A stretch of 61,755 bases of DNA, counting the filler. It is 8 parts of 8 records of this genome, joined end to end, with 100 filler letters (N's around TTAATTAATTAA, not from the genome) between each part and the next. Parts side by side here need not be neighbours in the genome. Positions count along the whole stretch, not along the records: positions 7,202 to 14,289 come from SRR31147125_99148; positions 14,390 to 24,357 come from SRR31147125_99171; 6 more parts are not named here. One strand, written 5' to 3'. The position numbers were made by a program, and so were the translations under genes. Under the pieces are notes generated by a model, which saw nothing but the letters and a program-made list of their open reading frames with translations, was not told where the DNA came from and did no database searches. Positions within the stretch are counted from its first letter, which is position 1; each line of letters opens with the position of its first letter. Below are positions 10,426 through 20,442 of the stretch, one piece after another.

Positions 10426-10465
10426 ATTTCAGCATATAGTTGTATATGCAACTATATGCTGAAAT
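10426..10465. promoter_or_regulatory. Palindromic operator, probably MarR-bound
   Basis: ATTTCAGCATATAGTTG-TATATG-CAACTATATGCTGAAAT: perfect 17-bp arms ending 12 nt upstream of the marR ATG, in the divergent MFS/marR interval. Confidence 0.75.
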
Positions 10466-10477
10466 CATAAATGAACA

Positions 10478-10927
10478 ATGAACACATACAAGACTGCGCA
10501 ATCGCACGGCCATCTCACAGGATTAGCCGCTCGACTTTTTAATCAGCTGCTAACGCGCCGGTTTTCTGAAGCAGGCATTCAAATGACGGCTGAACAATGG
10601 GGTGTCATTTTAGTGTTGCTCGATCAAGGCGAGATCAGTCAAGGACAATTGGGCGAAGCCTTGTCCCTTGAGAAGTCGACCATCAGTCGCTCCGTCGCAG
10701 GGCTGCAAACGAGGGGGTGGGTGCGTTGTGAAAAGGCTAAATCGGATGGTCGCCAGAAGTTAGTCGCACTGACGCCTGAAGCGCTAGAGGTGGTAGAGCC
10801 CTGCTCTACAATTGCTCAGGGCGTGTTGGCTGATGCTCAAACCGGCTTCGATCCTGAACAGCTCAAGGCCAGTCAGAGTGTGCTGGGAGGGATTGTTGAC
10901 AATCTTAGGCAGCTGAACAAGTTCTGA
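10478..10927 (+). CDS. MarR-family transcriptional regulator
   Basis: TAEQWGVIL, winged helix EKSTISRSVAGLQTRGWV and DGRQKLVALT. Confidence 0.92.
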   Translation: MNTYKTAQSHGHLTGLAARLFNQLLTRRFSEAGIQMTAEQWGVILVLLDQGEISQGQLGEALSLEKSTISRSVAGLQTRGWVRCEKAKSDGRQKLVALTPEALEVVEPCSTIAQGVLADAQTGFDPEQLKASQSVLGGIVDNLRQLNKF

Positions 10928-10981
10928 TTTCAGTGTGGCGCTGCACATTGATAACGCAACTGCAACGATCGAGGAGATCCT

Positions 10982-11725
10982 ATGACTCAAAGAAATGCTT
11001 TAATTACAGGTGGTGCTCGCGGTATCGGCGCTGCGACGGCAAAACGATTGGCCAAACAAGGGGCTAGAGTATTTATCAATTATGTGAACAGCAGCCAGGT
11101 CGCTGCTGAACTTGCTGAAGAGATTAACAACGCAGGTGGGCAGGCTTTCCCGATTCAAGCTGATGTTCGCGACGATCAACAGCTAGAAGCGATGTTTGAG
11201 CTGATCGAGCGAGAGTATGGCGGTGTGGATATTCTCGTTTCCAACGCCAATATGAATTTCACGGCCAAGTCGTTCGTGGACCAGAGTTGGGAGGAGTTTT
11301 CCCAGAAGCTTAACGATGAGATGCATGCCGCATACGTCAGTGCCAAGCTCGCCGTACAAGGGATGAAGAATAAGCAATTTGGTCGCTTGGTCTTTATCTC
11401 TAGCACTTTGTCAGAAGCGCCAGCTCCGAGCTTTATTGCTCATGGCTCTGCCAAGGGGGCGCTGGACAGCTTTAGTAAATATCTTGGCCAAGAGCTAGGT
11501 CCTTACGGGATCACATCCAATATCGTGGCGCCGGGTTTGGTTGAAACGGATGCTACCAAAGAAGCCCCAGCTGAATTCAAAGAGATGATTAGGCTCCATA
11601 CGCCAACTCAAAAAATTGCAACACCGGACGATGTTGCGAATACGATCGGCTATCTGGTTAGTGATGCCAGCGCTCACATTACAGGCACCTATAACCCTGT
11701 TTGTGGTGGAGCTTACCTACCTTAA
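10982..11725 (+). CDS. Short-chain dehydrogenase/reductase (FabG-like)
   Basis: TGGARGIG, VDILVSNA and VAPGLVET. The catalytic YxxxK reads HGSAK. Confidence 0.9.
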   Translation: MTQRNALITGGARGIGAATAKRLAKQGARVFINYVNSSQVAAELAEEINNAGGQAFPIQADVRDDQQLEAMFELIEREYGGVDILVSNANMNFTAKSFVDQSWEEFSQKLNDEMHAAYVSAKLAVQGMKNKQFGRLVFISSTLSEAPAPSFIAHGSAKGALDSFSKYLGQELGPYGITSNIVAPGLVETDATKEAPAEFKEMIRLHTPTQKIATPDDVANTIGYLVSDASAHITGTYNPVCGGAYLP

Positions 11726-11738
11726 TCCCTGCGTCTTA

Positions 11739-11767
11739 ACGGTGGATAGGTTGAGTCTATCCACCGT
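11739..11767 (+). terminator. Hairpin after the SDR gene (possible terminator)
   Basis: ACGGTGGATAG / CTATCCACCGT 11-bp stem with a 7-nt loop. No strong U-tract. Confidence 0.5.
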
Positions 11768-12060
11768 CATTGACCTCAAACATCCTGAGCCTTGCTCAGT
11801 CATTGTTGGAGCTTTCAATTCAGTCAATGCATTTGAGTATTCGTAAAGGTTTGACGTGATCACGAACATTGGCTGGCTCGGTTTGAGATTCTACAAGCGT
11901 CCTTTAGGTTTAGGTGGACGACTTTTTTGACTGTCAGGTGCTTCAGATAGAATAAGTAAAGTGCAGCCAGACTTTGCTTCTCCCCACATCGTCTTTAAAA
12001 GACGATATTGCCAGCTTGGACTATTCTCAAGTCTATGAGTGACTCATTGGGTTTACTTCC

Positions 12061-13965
12061 ATGAAAAAGCTTGGACTCAAAGCTTCGTTAATCGTTTCTA
12101 TTGTTCTACTAGTGGGTGTTTCTGTTGCAACATCTGGCCTTCTGTCGTATCTGGAGCATGCCGATACGCTTACCGATTCAATCGAGACTCAGAGCCGAAT
12201 CTATGTTGAAAATCGAGCAGCCATCATCGAAGGCATCTTGAATGATAAAGTGGAAGGGATAGATAAGCTCACGGATCAATTGAAGACGATTAGTGCCAGC
12301 AGTTCTAGCTATGAAGTTGTCGAGATGGCAAAGCTGATTGCGAATGTCACTAACACAGGCAGCTCCGTAATTGCCTTTAATAATGGTGATGGTTACTGGA
12401 GTCACACAGGTGCTTCATGGCCCGACCACAAATATGATGGGGATGTGACCGAGAGGCCTTGGTATAAAGAGGCTATGCAAGCATCAGGGGTGACTGTGAC
12501 AGAGCCCTACCTGGGGACAGATGGTGTTTATTGGGTCACCATCGTCGATAAAATTAACGATGGCGCACTCTCTGTCGACATGAAGCTGACCTTTTTAAAT
12601 GCTCTTGTAGAGCCGTCAAAAAATATGAAAGGCACGGTGGCAGTCATATTAAATAGCGATACAACACTGCTAGCATCATCTTCCTCGGCAATACCTACAG
12701 GTAAATCTGCTAATCAATATTCATGGTTCAGAGATGCTGCACAGCATGCAGTTACTGGGGACTATGTTGTCTCTGAATACGTCTTAAACGGCGAAGAGAA
12801 GTTACTCTTCTCTAAGAAAATCAGAGTAGGTGATAAAAGTTGGTTTTATGCGATCGGGGTGAGTAAAAGTATCGCCTATGCGTCACTGTCATCTTCTCGG
12901 AATAGTGCGATTGTCAGTACACTAGTCGCGACGATTGTCAGTGCCACAGTCGCGATTCTGCTGATTCGATGGTTATACACTCCGATCATCTCGCTTCGGA
13001 ATACGATTCAAGAGCTATCGAGCGGCAATGGTGATTTGACTCAGCGACTGGAAGTCAAAACCGAAGACGACATAGGCAATATCTCTTCTGGTGTGAATAC
13101 CTTTATTGCCAATCTTCAGACGATGATGCTTGATGTCAAATCTGCCAGTGAAGAGCTTCAACACAACATCGCCAATCTAAGAGAGCAATCGGCGGAAAAT
13201 AGCGCCACACTCGGTCGCCATGTGACAGAGACGGAGCAAATTGCGACCGCTGTAGAACAGATGGATGTCACGGCGAACTCGATGGCTTTAGACGCGTCCA
13301 ATACGGCGTCAATTACTGAGCAAGCAAGCCAAACCAGTGATGAATCTAAAACAATTGTGCGCCGCTCTGAAGAGACGGTCTCAGCATTAATTACCGATGT
13401 GAATAATGCGGCTGATGATGTTCAAGCCATGAGTGAGCAGGTCAATAGTATTAGCTCTATCTTAACTGTGATTGGTGAAGTTGCCGAGCAGACCAACCTG
13501 TTAGCGTTAAATGCTGCGATTGAGGCAGCCAGAGCTGGCGATATGGGAAGAGGCTTTGCCGTGGTTGCCGATGAAGTGAGGGAGCTCGCGAGCCGGACAA
13601 CAATGAGCACGCGAGAAATTGAACAAGCTATTAACATCCTGTTGGAACGATGCAACAAAGTTGAGCAGTCGATGGCAGAAACTCGAAGTCGCTGTGAAGA
13701 GACCGCTTCGGGGTCTCAAGAAGTTGCGAATAGCCTGGATAGCTTAACGGATTTTGTAAGTAACATTGATGCACTTAGCGGACAAATAGCAACAGCAGCG
13801 GAAGAGCAAAGTTGTGTCACAAAAGATGTAAGCAGAAACATGACAGCGATTAGCGATATCGTTGCTACATTAAATCAACATGGCGAGAAAGTGCTACATG
13901 AGGCTGAAAATATCAGCTCCATTAATAACAAACTGATAACCGTTGTGAACAACTTTAAGCTCTGA
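12061..13965 (+). CDS. Methyl-accepting chemotaxis protein (dCache, HAMP, MCP signal domain)
   Basis: TM1, RPWY...VTEPY Cache motif, TM2, HAMP (GDLTQRL..DDIG) and [31 protein letters not shown]. Confidence 0.95.
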   Translation: MKKLGLKASLIVSIVLLVGVSVATSGLLSYLEHADTLTDSIETQSRIYVENRAAIIEGILNDKVEGIDKLTDQLKTISASSSSYEVVEMAKLIANVTNTGSSVIAFNNGDGYWSHTGASWPDHKYDGDVTERPWYKEAMQASGVTVTEPYLGTDGVYWVTIVDKINDGALSVDMKLTFLNALVEPSKNMKGTVAVILNSDTTLLASSSSAIPTGKSANQYSWFRDAAQHAVTGDYVVSEYVLNGEEKLLFSKKIRVGDKSWFYAIGVSKSIAYASLSSSRNSAIVSTLVATIVSATVAILLIRWLYTPIISLRNTIQELSSGNGDLTQRLEVKTEDDIGNISSGVNTFIANLQTMMLDVKSASEELQHNIANLREQSAENSATLGRHVTETEQIATAVEQMDVTANSMALDASNTASITEQASQTSDESKTIVRRSEETVSALITDVNNAADDVQAMSEQVNSISSILTVIGEVAEQTNLLALNAAIEAARAGDMGRGFAVVADEVRELASRTTMSTREIEQAINILLERCNKVEQSMAETRSRCEETASGSQEVANSLDSLTDFVSNIDALSGQIATAAEEQSCVTKDVSRNMTAISDIVATLNQHGEKVLHEAENISSINNKLITVVNNFKL

Positions 13966-13999
13966 TGCAGAAAGTTGCCCTCAGCGGATTGGCTAAAGC

Positions 14000-14287
14000 C
14001 TAGTTAAAGTAGTAGTCGACTGAAATGTAGAATGCGCTAAAGTCACCTTCCATGACTTGGCCGTCCCGGTTGATGTAGCCATCTTGAGTCAGGTATTCAG
14101 CATAGACCCAACCGGGGCCGTAGTCGTAACTCATCCCCGGTGCTATCGCCTGGATGGTGCCCGCCTCATTACCTTGCGTATCGGCGAAGGCCCAGGATGC
14201 ATCTAAATAGTAAAGCCAAGGCCCTTGCTGATAGCTCAGCTCGGCGATGAGCCTGGAGTTCTCTATTTTGTCTGCCAGCGCTGCGGA
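14000..14287 (-). CDS. C-terminal fragment of an outer-membrane beta-barrel protein (porin-like; not in the ORF track)
   Basis: Open frame from the contig end: ...LIAELSYQQGPWLYYLDASW...PGMSYDYGPGWVYAEYL...AFYISVDYYFN*. Amphipathic aromatic strands and an aromatic C-terminal beta-signal. Confidence 0.65.
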   Translation of the reverse strand, partial: SAALADKIENSRLIAELSYQQGPWLYYLDASWAFADTQGNEAGTIQAIAPGMSYDYGPGWVYAEYLTQDGYINRDGQVMEGDFSAFYISVDYYFN

Positions 14288-14289
14288 TT

Positions 14290-14389
14290 NNNNNNNNNNN
14301 NNNNNNNNNNNNNNNNNNNNNNNNNNNNNNNNNTTAATTAATTAANNNNNNNNNNNNNNNNNNNNNNNNNNNNNNNNNNNNNNNNNNNN
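14290..14389. other. Artificial contig linker
   Basis: N44-TTAATTAATTAA-N44. Confidence 0.98.
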
Positions 14390-14391
14390 GA

Positions 14392-15699
14392 GCATCGCTG
14401 GGTGGAAGAAAACCCGCTGATCTGGTTGGAACAAAATGCTATGATTTCTTCAATACAGGACATTGCAAAACTCCTGATTGTCAATGTCATCAGGCAATGC
14501 AAATGGGTCATGCGACCACAGCCGAAACAGCGGCAAATGTTGGTGGTAAAAATATTCCAATCGAATACACAGGCTCACCACTTTATGACGATGATGGCAA
14601 TGTCGTTGGCGCATTGGAATATGTAGTTGATATTACTGAGAGAAAAGATGTTTTAAAAGACATTATTTCCGTTTGTGAATCGATGGCAAACTATGATCTT
14701 ACAAGCAACGCCGATGGCAATTATGAGGGTGATTATCTGGCCATCGCCACCAACTTAAATCAAGGTGTCAGTGCTCAGCATGACGCAATAGTTCAGGTTG
14801 CGACTGCTGTTGATCAAATATCCTCGGCTGCTTCTCAAATTGCTTCAAGTAGTCAAGCGGTTGCCGAAGGAGCTTCAGAGCAAGCAAGCTCTCTCGAAGA
14901 AACATCAAGCAGTCTTGAAGAAATGGCTTCAATGACCAAGCAAAATGCAGATAGTGCAAAAGAAGCAAACACTCTGGCAAACGTTGCCAAACAATCTGCG
15001 ACAAAAGGTTCTGACTCAATGCAAAGCATGCTTTCCGCCATGGTAAAGATCAGGGAAGCAGCAGAAGGTACATCCGCAATTATCAGAGATATCAACGAGA
15101 TTGCTTTCCAGACAAATTTGCTAGCTCTTAACGCCGCCGTTGAAGCTGCCAGAGCTGGAGAAGCAGGAAGAGGTTTTGCTGTTGTAGCTGAAGAAGTTAG
15201 AAATCTGGCTTTAAGATCCAAAGAAGCTGCGATGAAAACAGAAGACCTGATTAAAGAATCTGTTGACTATGCTGCTGAAGGTGAAACAACTTCAAAAGAA
15301 GTTAATACAATTCTTACGGAAATGCTCGAAAACATCTCCAAAGTAACTGATATCGTTCAGGAAATTTCCTCTGCAAGTCAGGAACAAGCCCGTGGAGTTG
15401 ATCAGGTAAACACAGCTGTTGCTCAAATGGATCAGGTTACCCAGCAAAATGCAGCAAACTCGGAAGAATCATCCAGTGCAGCAGAAGAGCTATCAAGTCA
15501 ATCCCATGAATTGGCTGCCATGACCGGACGTTTCACTCTGCATACCACCAATGGCAACGGAAAACCTGTAACCGTAACGCACAATCAATCGCAAAATGGA
15601 AACAATTTACCAGTAAAACAGAAAGCTGTTTCAGAAATTAAATACACACCAGAAGACATTATTCCGATGGAAGATGATCCGGATTTTGCCGATTTTTAA
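14392..15699 (+). CDS. PAS-containing methyl-accepting chemotaxis protein (5' truncated)
   Basis: Frame open from 14392: Cys-rich PAS ([20 protein letters not shown]), PAC ([17 protein letters not shown]) and [34 protein letters not shown]. Confidence 0.93.
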   Translation, partial: ASLGGRKPADLVGTKCYDFFNTGHCKTPDCQCHQAMQMGHATTAETAANVGGKNIPIEYTGSPLYDDDGNVVGALEYVVDITERKDVLKDIISVCESMANYDLTSNADGNYEGDYLAIATNLNQGVSAQHDAIVQVATAVDQISSAASQIASSSQAVAEGASEQASSLEETSSSLEEMASMTKQNADSAKEANTLANVAKQSATKGSDSMQSMLSAMVKIREAAEGTSAIIRDINEIAFQTNLLALNAAVEAARAGEAGRGFAVVAEEVRNLALRSKEAAMKTEDLIKESVDYAAEGETTSKEVNTILTEMLENISKVTDIVQEISSASQEQARGVDQVNTAVAQMDQVTQQNAANSEESSSAAEELSSQSHELAAMTGRFTLHTTNGNGKPVTVTHNQSQNGNNLPVKQKAVSEIKYTPEDIIPMEDDPDFADF

Positions 15700-15795
15700 A
15701 ACGGCCACGAATGACGAGTAATTTGTCAATACCATGGAAGGTATTTAGCACAAATGGATGAATCATGGACGGAAAATTTAGATGGAGGTGCTAAA

Positions 15796-16230
15796 ATGGC
15801 AAGTCGCCAAGTAAAATGTTCGCTTTTAGATAAAGATATGGAAGAAATCCCGCTAACCATTGACGATATCAACAATATAGCTCAGTTTTACAGAATTAAC
15901 AGAAAAACTGCTTTTAACCGCTTTGTTGATGTCAACCCAAGTAAAAGTGTAGGGACTTTTCAAATGATCAAAACAAAAACCTGCGCTTTTCTGGATGAAT
16001 GTGACTGCTGCATGCTTGGCAACGCACAGCCCACTTTTTGCAAACTGGCAAATAAAACCATTGAAAAAGATGAATGGGGAAAACCGAAAAGCGAAGAAAA
16101 CAGATTCAGAATTGCAGTTATGACTACCCAACAATATATTGAGACTCACACAGCAGGTTATGACAAGCTGGCTTTCGACGCTTTTTCCAAAATCATCCGA
16201 ATCCGCGCATTAAAAGGAGTTGTGAGATAA
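15796..16230 (+). CDS. Hypothetical Cys-containing protein, degenerate YkgJ/UPF0153-like
   Basis: SD GGAGG and ATG 15796. IPLTIDDINNIAQ...CAFLDECDCCMLGNAQPTFCK resembles the LT..DI..IA / C.FL...C.I...RP..C pattern. Confidence 0.55.
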   Translation: MASRQVKCSLLDKDMEEIPLTIDDINNIAQFYRINRKTAFNRFVDVNPSKSVGTFQMIKTKTCAFLDECDCCMLGNAQPTFCKLANKTIEKDEWGKPKSEENRFRIAVMTTQQYIETHTAGYDKLAFDAFSKIIRIRALKGVVR

Positions 16231-16302
16231 CGATGATCTTAAACTCCAATGACAAAAAACAATATACGCAACTCTCAACATTTGCATACGGAGGTTGCCG
16301 GA

Positions 16303-19061
16303 ATGAGTGACCACCAGATCGACAAACTTTTAGAAGAACTATCGATGAAATTTGTCATGGCGGATCATAACGACAAACCGTCATTGGCTGAAATCATGTC
16401 GAGCCTTGAGAATCTGCTCGAAATTGTGAAATCACTCGATAGCGAAAAACTTGATATCGTTATCAGAGAAACTGTCACTATTCTTTCAAACATCATTATG
16501 GATTCTGTTGAAAATATGGATGAATCCATTGCCAATATATCTTCCAACTTAAGTTTAATTCAACAACTTGTCAGAAATCCTGACCAGGAAGAATATGGGG
16601 TGCAAGATGAAGAACCTGATAAAAATGAATCTTCAGAGCAACATGATTCTCCCGATACTGAAGCTGTAGTAAATGACGGCAATATCGAAAGCATTGATAA
16701 CGAGGCTCTGGAGGACTCAGACACCGGCTCGGAAAAACCGAAACTGGAGTTGGCTGATTGGGTGGATGAGAGAGTTTTTCAGGATTTTCTGGCTAATCAG
16801 AAAACAAACATGGAGGATCTTGAGGCTGAGATTCTTGCATTGGAAAACAATGATAAAGCTACAATTGGTGCATTAAAAGAAGAATTCACACCCTTAAAGG
16901 CGAATCTGGTATTATCGCACTGAACGATCTTGAAGAAGTTTGTCATGTTCTGGAAGACTATCTCGATGAGGCCATGGTTTCATCAGATTGGACCGACCTT
17001 TTGTTGATGGTTCACGACTGGCTTAAAGCAACAATAAAATCATATTCTTCATACTCTCTTCCAGATCAACCTGCTGAAAAAATTATAGAAGTCATCCATC
17101 ATACAGTAACTGGGTTTGTTAAATCAAAAGAAGAAACTCAAGAAATCGAAACTCCAACAACTGACGATGTTTTCCCGATGGAGGAAGATAATGGAGAAAA
17201 AGATGATACCAGAGAAGGCGATGTAGAAACAAGCCAAACCAGTCTTTCACTTGATGATGAATCTCTTTCAATGTATGGAGATTTCTTAAACGAAAGTGAT
17301 GAAGGTTTATGCGAAGCGGATCAGATACTCATGTCCATAGAGCATGACGGAATCGATCCAGAAAGAATTAACACTCTTTTTAGAATTTTCCATACCATCA
17401 AAGGCATTGCCGGATTCCTCGAACTGTCCGAAATCAATACCCTTGCTCACAACACAGAAACATTGCTCAATTTAGCTCGAAAAAACAGTATCGATTTTAG
17501 AGGTGAAAATATCGATCTGGTTTTCGATTCTACAGAAATAATGAGAAAACTTTGTGCTGGAATCAAGCATGCTATTGAAGGCGATGGTGCAATCACTCCT
17601 TCGCAAGAATTACCTGTATTTATCGAAAGGCTTAACAAAGCCATTAGTGGCAAGCCTCCTGCTGCCGATATGGAAAAACCCAAAGATGCCCCAATTGGAG
17701 AAATACTTCAGGAAACTGCCGGATTAAAAAAAGAAGAAGTGGACAAAGCACTGGAAAACCAAAAAGAAACCGGCAGAAAAATTGGCGAAGAATTGGTTGA
17801 AACCGGTTTAGCAAAACCCAAAGAAGTTGCAAAAGCTCTTCGCTCTCAAAAAGCCGCAAAAATGCAGAAAAAAGGCGGCATTTTGAAAGAAACGGTCAAA
17901 ATAGATTTGAACAGAGTCGATACTCTCGTTGATCTTATCGGAGAACTTGTAATCGTCGAATCAATGGTTGCCAATGTCCCTGAAATCCTGCAAACACCTT
18001 CAGTTACCTTACGCAACTACATGAACCAGTTCAAAAAAATCACCAGAGATTTGCAGGATGTTGGAATGCGAATGAGGATGGTTCCTATTCGTGGAGTATT
18101 CCAGAAAATGTCTCGTATGGTTCGTGATTTATCCCGCAAAGAGAACAAAAAAATCAAATTCATTCAATCCGGTGAAGGCACTGAACTGGATCGAAGCATG
18201 GTGGATCAAATTGGCGATCCTCTGGTACATATGATCAGAAACGCAATAGATCACGGCATCGAGTCTCCGGAAGACAGAATTGCGGCAGGAAAACTGGAAG
18301 AGGGTCAAATCCAATTATCTGCATATCATGAAAGCGGCAAAGTAATAATAGAAATCAAGGATGATGGAAAGGGCTTAAACCCTGATGTCATTCTAGAAAA
18401 AGCCATTTCCAAAGGCATAGTACAACCGGATGACAACCTTTCCGAATCCCAAATTTTCAATCTGATATTCGCGCCTGGTTTCTCAACGGCAAAGCAAGTA
18501 ACAGAGATTTCAGGTCGTGGTGTTGGTATGGATGTTGTTAAACGTAACATAGAAGCAATGCGAGGAAGAGTTATTACAAGTTCAGTAGAAGGTCAAGGCA
18601 CAACCTTCAAGATCATGCTTCCCCTGACCTTGGCAATCATCGATGGAATGCTAGTTGCTTCCGGCTCGGAAAGATATATTATTCCGACACTACACATCCT
18701 GGAATTGATCCAGCCAAATAAGGAATCAATTTCGACTCTTGTTGGAAAAACAGAACTGATAAATATCAGGGATGAAATCTTGCCACTTGTTCGACTTGAT
18801 TCTCTTTTCGATATTACAGATGCCAAACGAGATGCAACCGATGCGCTTGTAGTCGTTGTGGAAAGCTTTGGCTATAAAGTCGGTTTATTGGTTGATGATG
18901 TACTGGTACAGCAACAGGTAGTTATAAAGCAAATGAGTGGAGATATCGGTGAAGTCAAATGTGCTTCGGGAGTAGCGATTCTCCTTGATGGTCAGGTCGG
19001 AATAATTCTCAATATCGAGGAAATAACACAATCGGTTGAAAAAGACCGGATCGAGGCTTAA
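16303..19061 (+). CDS. cheA: Chemotaxis histidine kinase CheA (about 919 aa; one missing A at 16875-16878)
   Basis: SD GGAGG and ATG 16303. Adding one A to TTAAAAG gives LKRRIHTLKGESG (Hpt1), which runs into ORF 16974-19061 with FHTIKG (Hpt2), HMIRNAIDHGIE, DDGKG, SGRGVGMDVV and the P5 domain. Confidence 0.9.
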
Positions 19062-19074
19062 CGAGAGTTTATAA

Positions 19075-19887
19075 ATGTATGTGGCTGAACGAATGAACAA
19101 CAAAATTTTCAGCAGATTCTGTGAAATAGCATACGCTAAAGCAGGAATCAAACTAAGCAAAGGCAAAGAAGCCCTTGTTGCAGCAAGAGTTGCCAAAAGA
19201 CAGCGAATGCTGAAAATCACCACGCAAAAAGAGTATCTCGAATATCTGGAAAATGACGAAACAAATGAAGAACTTGTAAATTTTCTGGATGTTATCTCCA
19301 CCAACTTCACCAGTTTTTTCCGCGAGAAAGACCATTTCGATTTTTTGAAAACATTAATGGAAAAGTGGATTAAAGGTGGTCAGACAAAATTCAGGATCTG
19401 GTCGGCAGCAAGTTCAAGTGGCGAAGAACCTTATTCGATAGCTATAACTCTGAACGAACTGGTCAGATGTGAAGAACTGGATCAAAAAATACTGGCAACC
19501 GACATATCCACCAGAATCCTTTCCAAAGCTAAAACCGGTATTTACTCAAAAGACAAGCTTGAAAAAATGCCGAAATACTTGCGTTTACGCTACTTTGAAA
19601 AACTGGGAAAAGGAGCAGAGCTGGAGGCCAGGAACACGCTGAAAGACTTGATAATTTTTAAAAGGCTCAATTTGGCATCAAAGCCATATCCGATGAAAGG
19701 GCCGCTCGATGTTGTTTTTTGTCGAAATGTAATGATTTACTTCGACATTAAAGTCAGACAAAATCTGATCTCGCAAATCGAAAAACTTCTAAAACCGGGA
19801 GGCTATCTTTTCATCGGTCATACAGAAACCCTTATGGGGGTGCAAACAAATTTACAGCACGTAAAACCATCGATTTATAAAAAATGA
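19075..19887 (+). CDS. cheR: Chemotaxis methyltransferase CheR
   Basis: TNFTSFFRE, RIWSAASSSGEEPYSIA, ATDIS, FCRNVMIYF and GHTE. Confidence 0.96.
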   Translation: MYVAERMNNKIFSRFCEIAYAKAGIKLSKGKEALVAARVAKRQRMLKITTQKEYLEYLENDETNEELVNFLDVISTNFTSFFREKDHFDFLKTLMEKWIKGGQTKFRIWSAASSSGEEPYSIAITLNELVRCEELDQKILATDISTRILSKAKTGIYSKDKLEKMPKYLRLRYFEKLGKGAELEARNTLKDLIIFKRLNLASKPYPMKGPLDVVFCRNVMIYFDIKVRQNLISQIEKLLKPGGYLFIGHTETLMGVQTNLQHVKPSIYKK

Positions 19888-19950
19888 TAAACCGAGGTGG
19901 TAAATAAATGAAATCAGCAGAAACAAAACAACGAGACGAGGCGATAGGCA

Positions 19951-20442
19951 ATGAATAACGGACTAAAGCAATTGACTGTAGATGTCTCGGATATTAAGGT
20001 TAGTGATAACCCGGAGAGCCTGATTGTTACATACGCTTTAGGTTCCTGTATTGCACTAATACTTCATGATCCAGTTAATAATATAGGTGGGATGATTCAT
20101 TACATGCTGCCCCACTCAAGAACTTCTCCGGACAAAGCCAAAAAGAATCCAGCAATGTTCGCCGATACGGGAATACCGACTCTTTTTAAACAGATGTACG
20201 CACTAGGTTCCAAAAAATCGGATATAATAGTCAAAGTAGCGGGAGGTGGAAAGCTCTGGGAAACAAAAAACTCTTTTGATATCGGCAAAAGGAATTATAC
20301 AATGTGCAGAAAAATACTCTGGAAAAACAGTGTAATGACTACTGCCGAAGATGTAGGAGGCAGTAAATCCAGAACTGTTAAACTGCACGTAGGGACAGGT
20401 AAGGTTACAGTGCATTCAAAAGGGGAGATTACAGAACTATGA
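19951..20442 (+). CDS. cheD: Chemoreceptor glutamine deamidase CheD
   Basis: ALGSCIA, GGMIHYMLP, FADTGI, KVAGG and EDVGG. Confidence 0.95.
   Translation: MNNGLKQLTVDVSDIKVSDNPESLIVTYALGSCIALILHDPVNNIGGMIHYMLPHSRTSPDKAKKNPAMFADTGIPTLFKQMYALGSKKSDIIVKVAGGGKLWETKNSFDIGKRNYTMCRKILWKNSVMTTAEDVGGSKSRTVKLHVGTGKVTVHSKGEITEL

Noticed and set aside
11840-11930. Possible riboswitch or CRP site upstream of the MCP (CGTCC/GGACG stem plus T-run; TTTGA-N5-TCACG)
   Set aside because: No c-di-GMP-I aptamer consensus is visible, the stem is weak, and the CRP-like spacer is 5 nt rather than 6.
16875-16878. Programmed frameshift or phase variation in cheA (also sdhA, gspI and others)
   Set aside because: The same kind of one-base loss occurs in many unrelated genes and contigs, so sequencing error is the simpler explanation.
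19908-19958. 16-codon ORF with a strong SD upstream of cheD, as a possible leader peptide
   Set aside because: It is one base out of frame with cheD and more likely the true cheD N-terminus with an indel. This cannot be resolved from the sequence alone.
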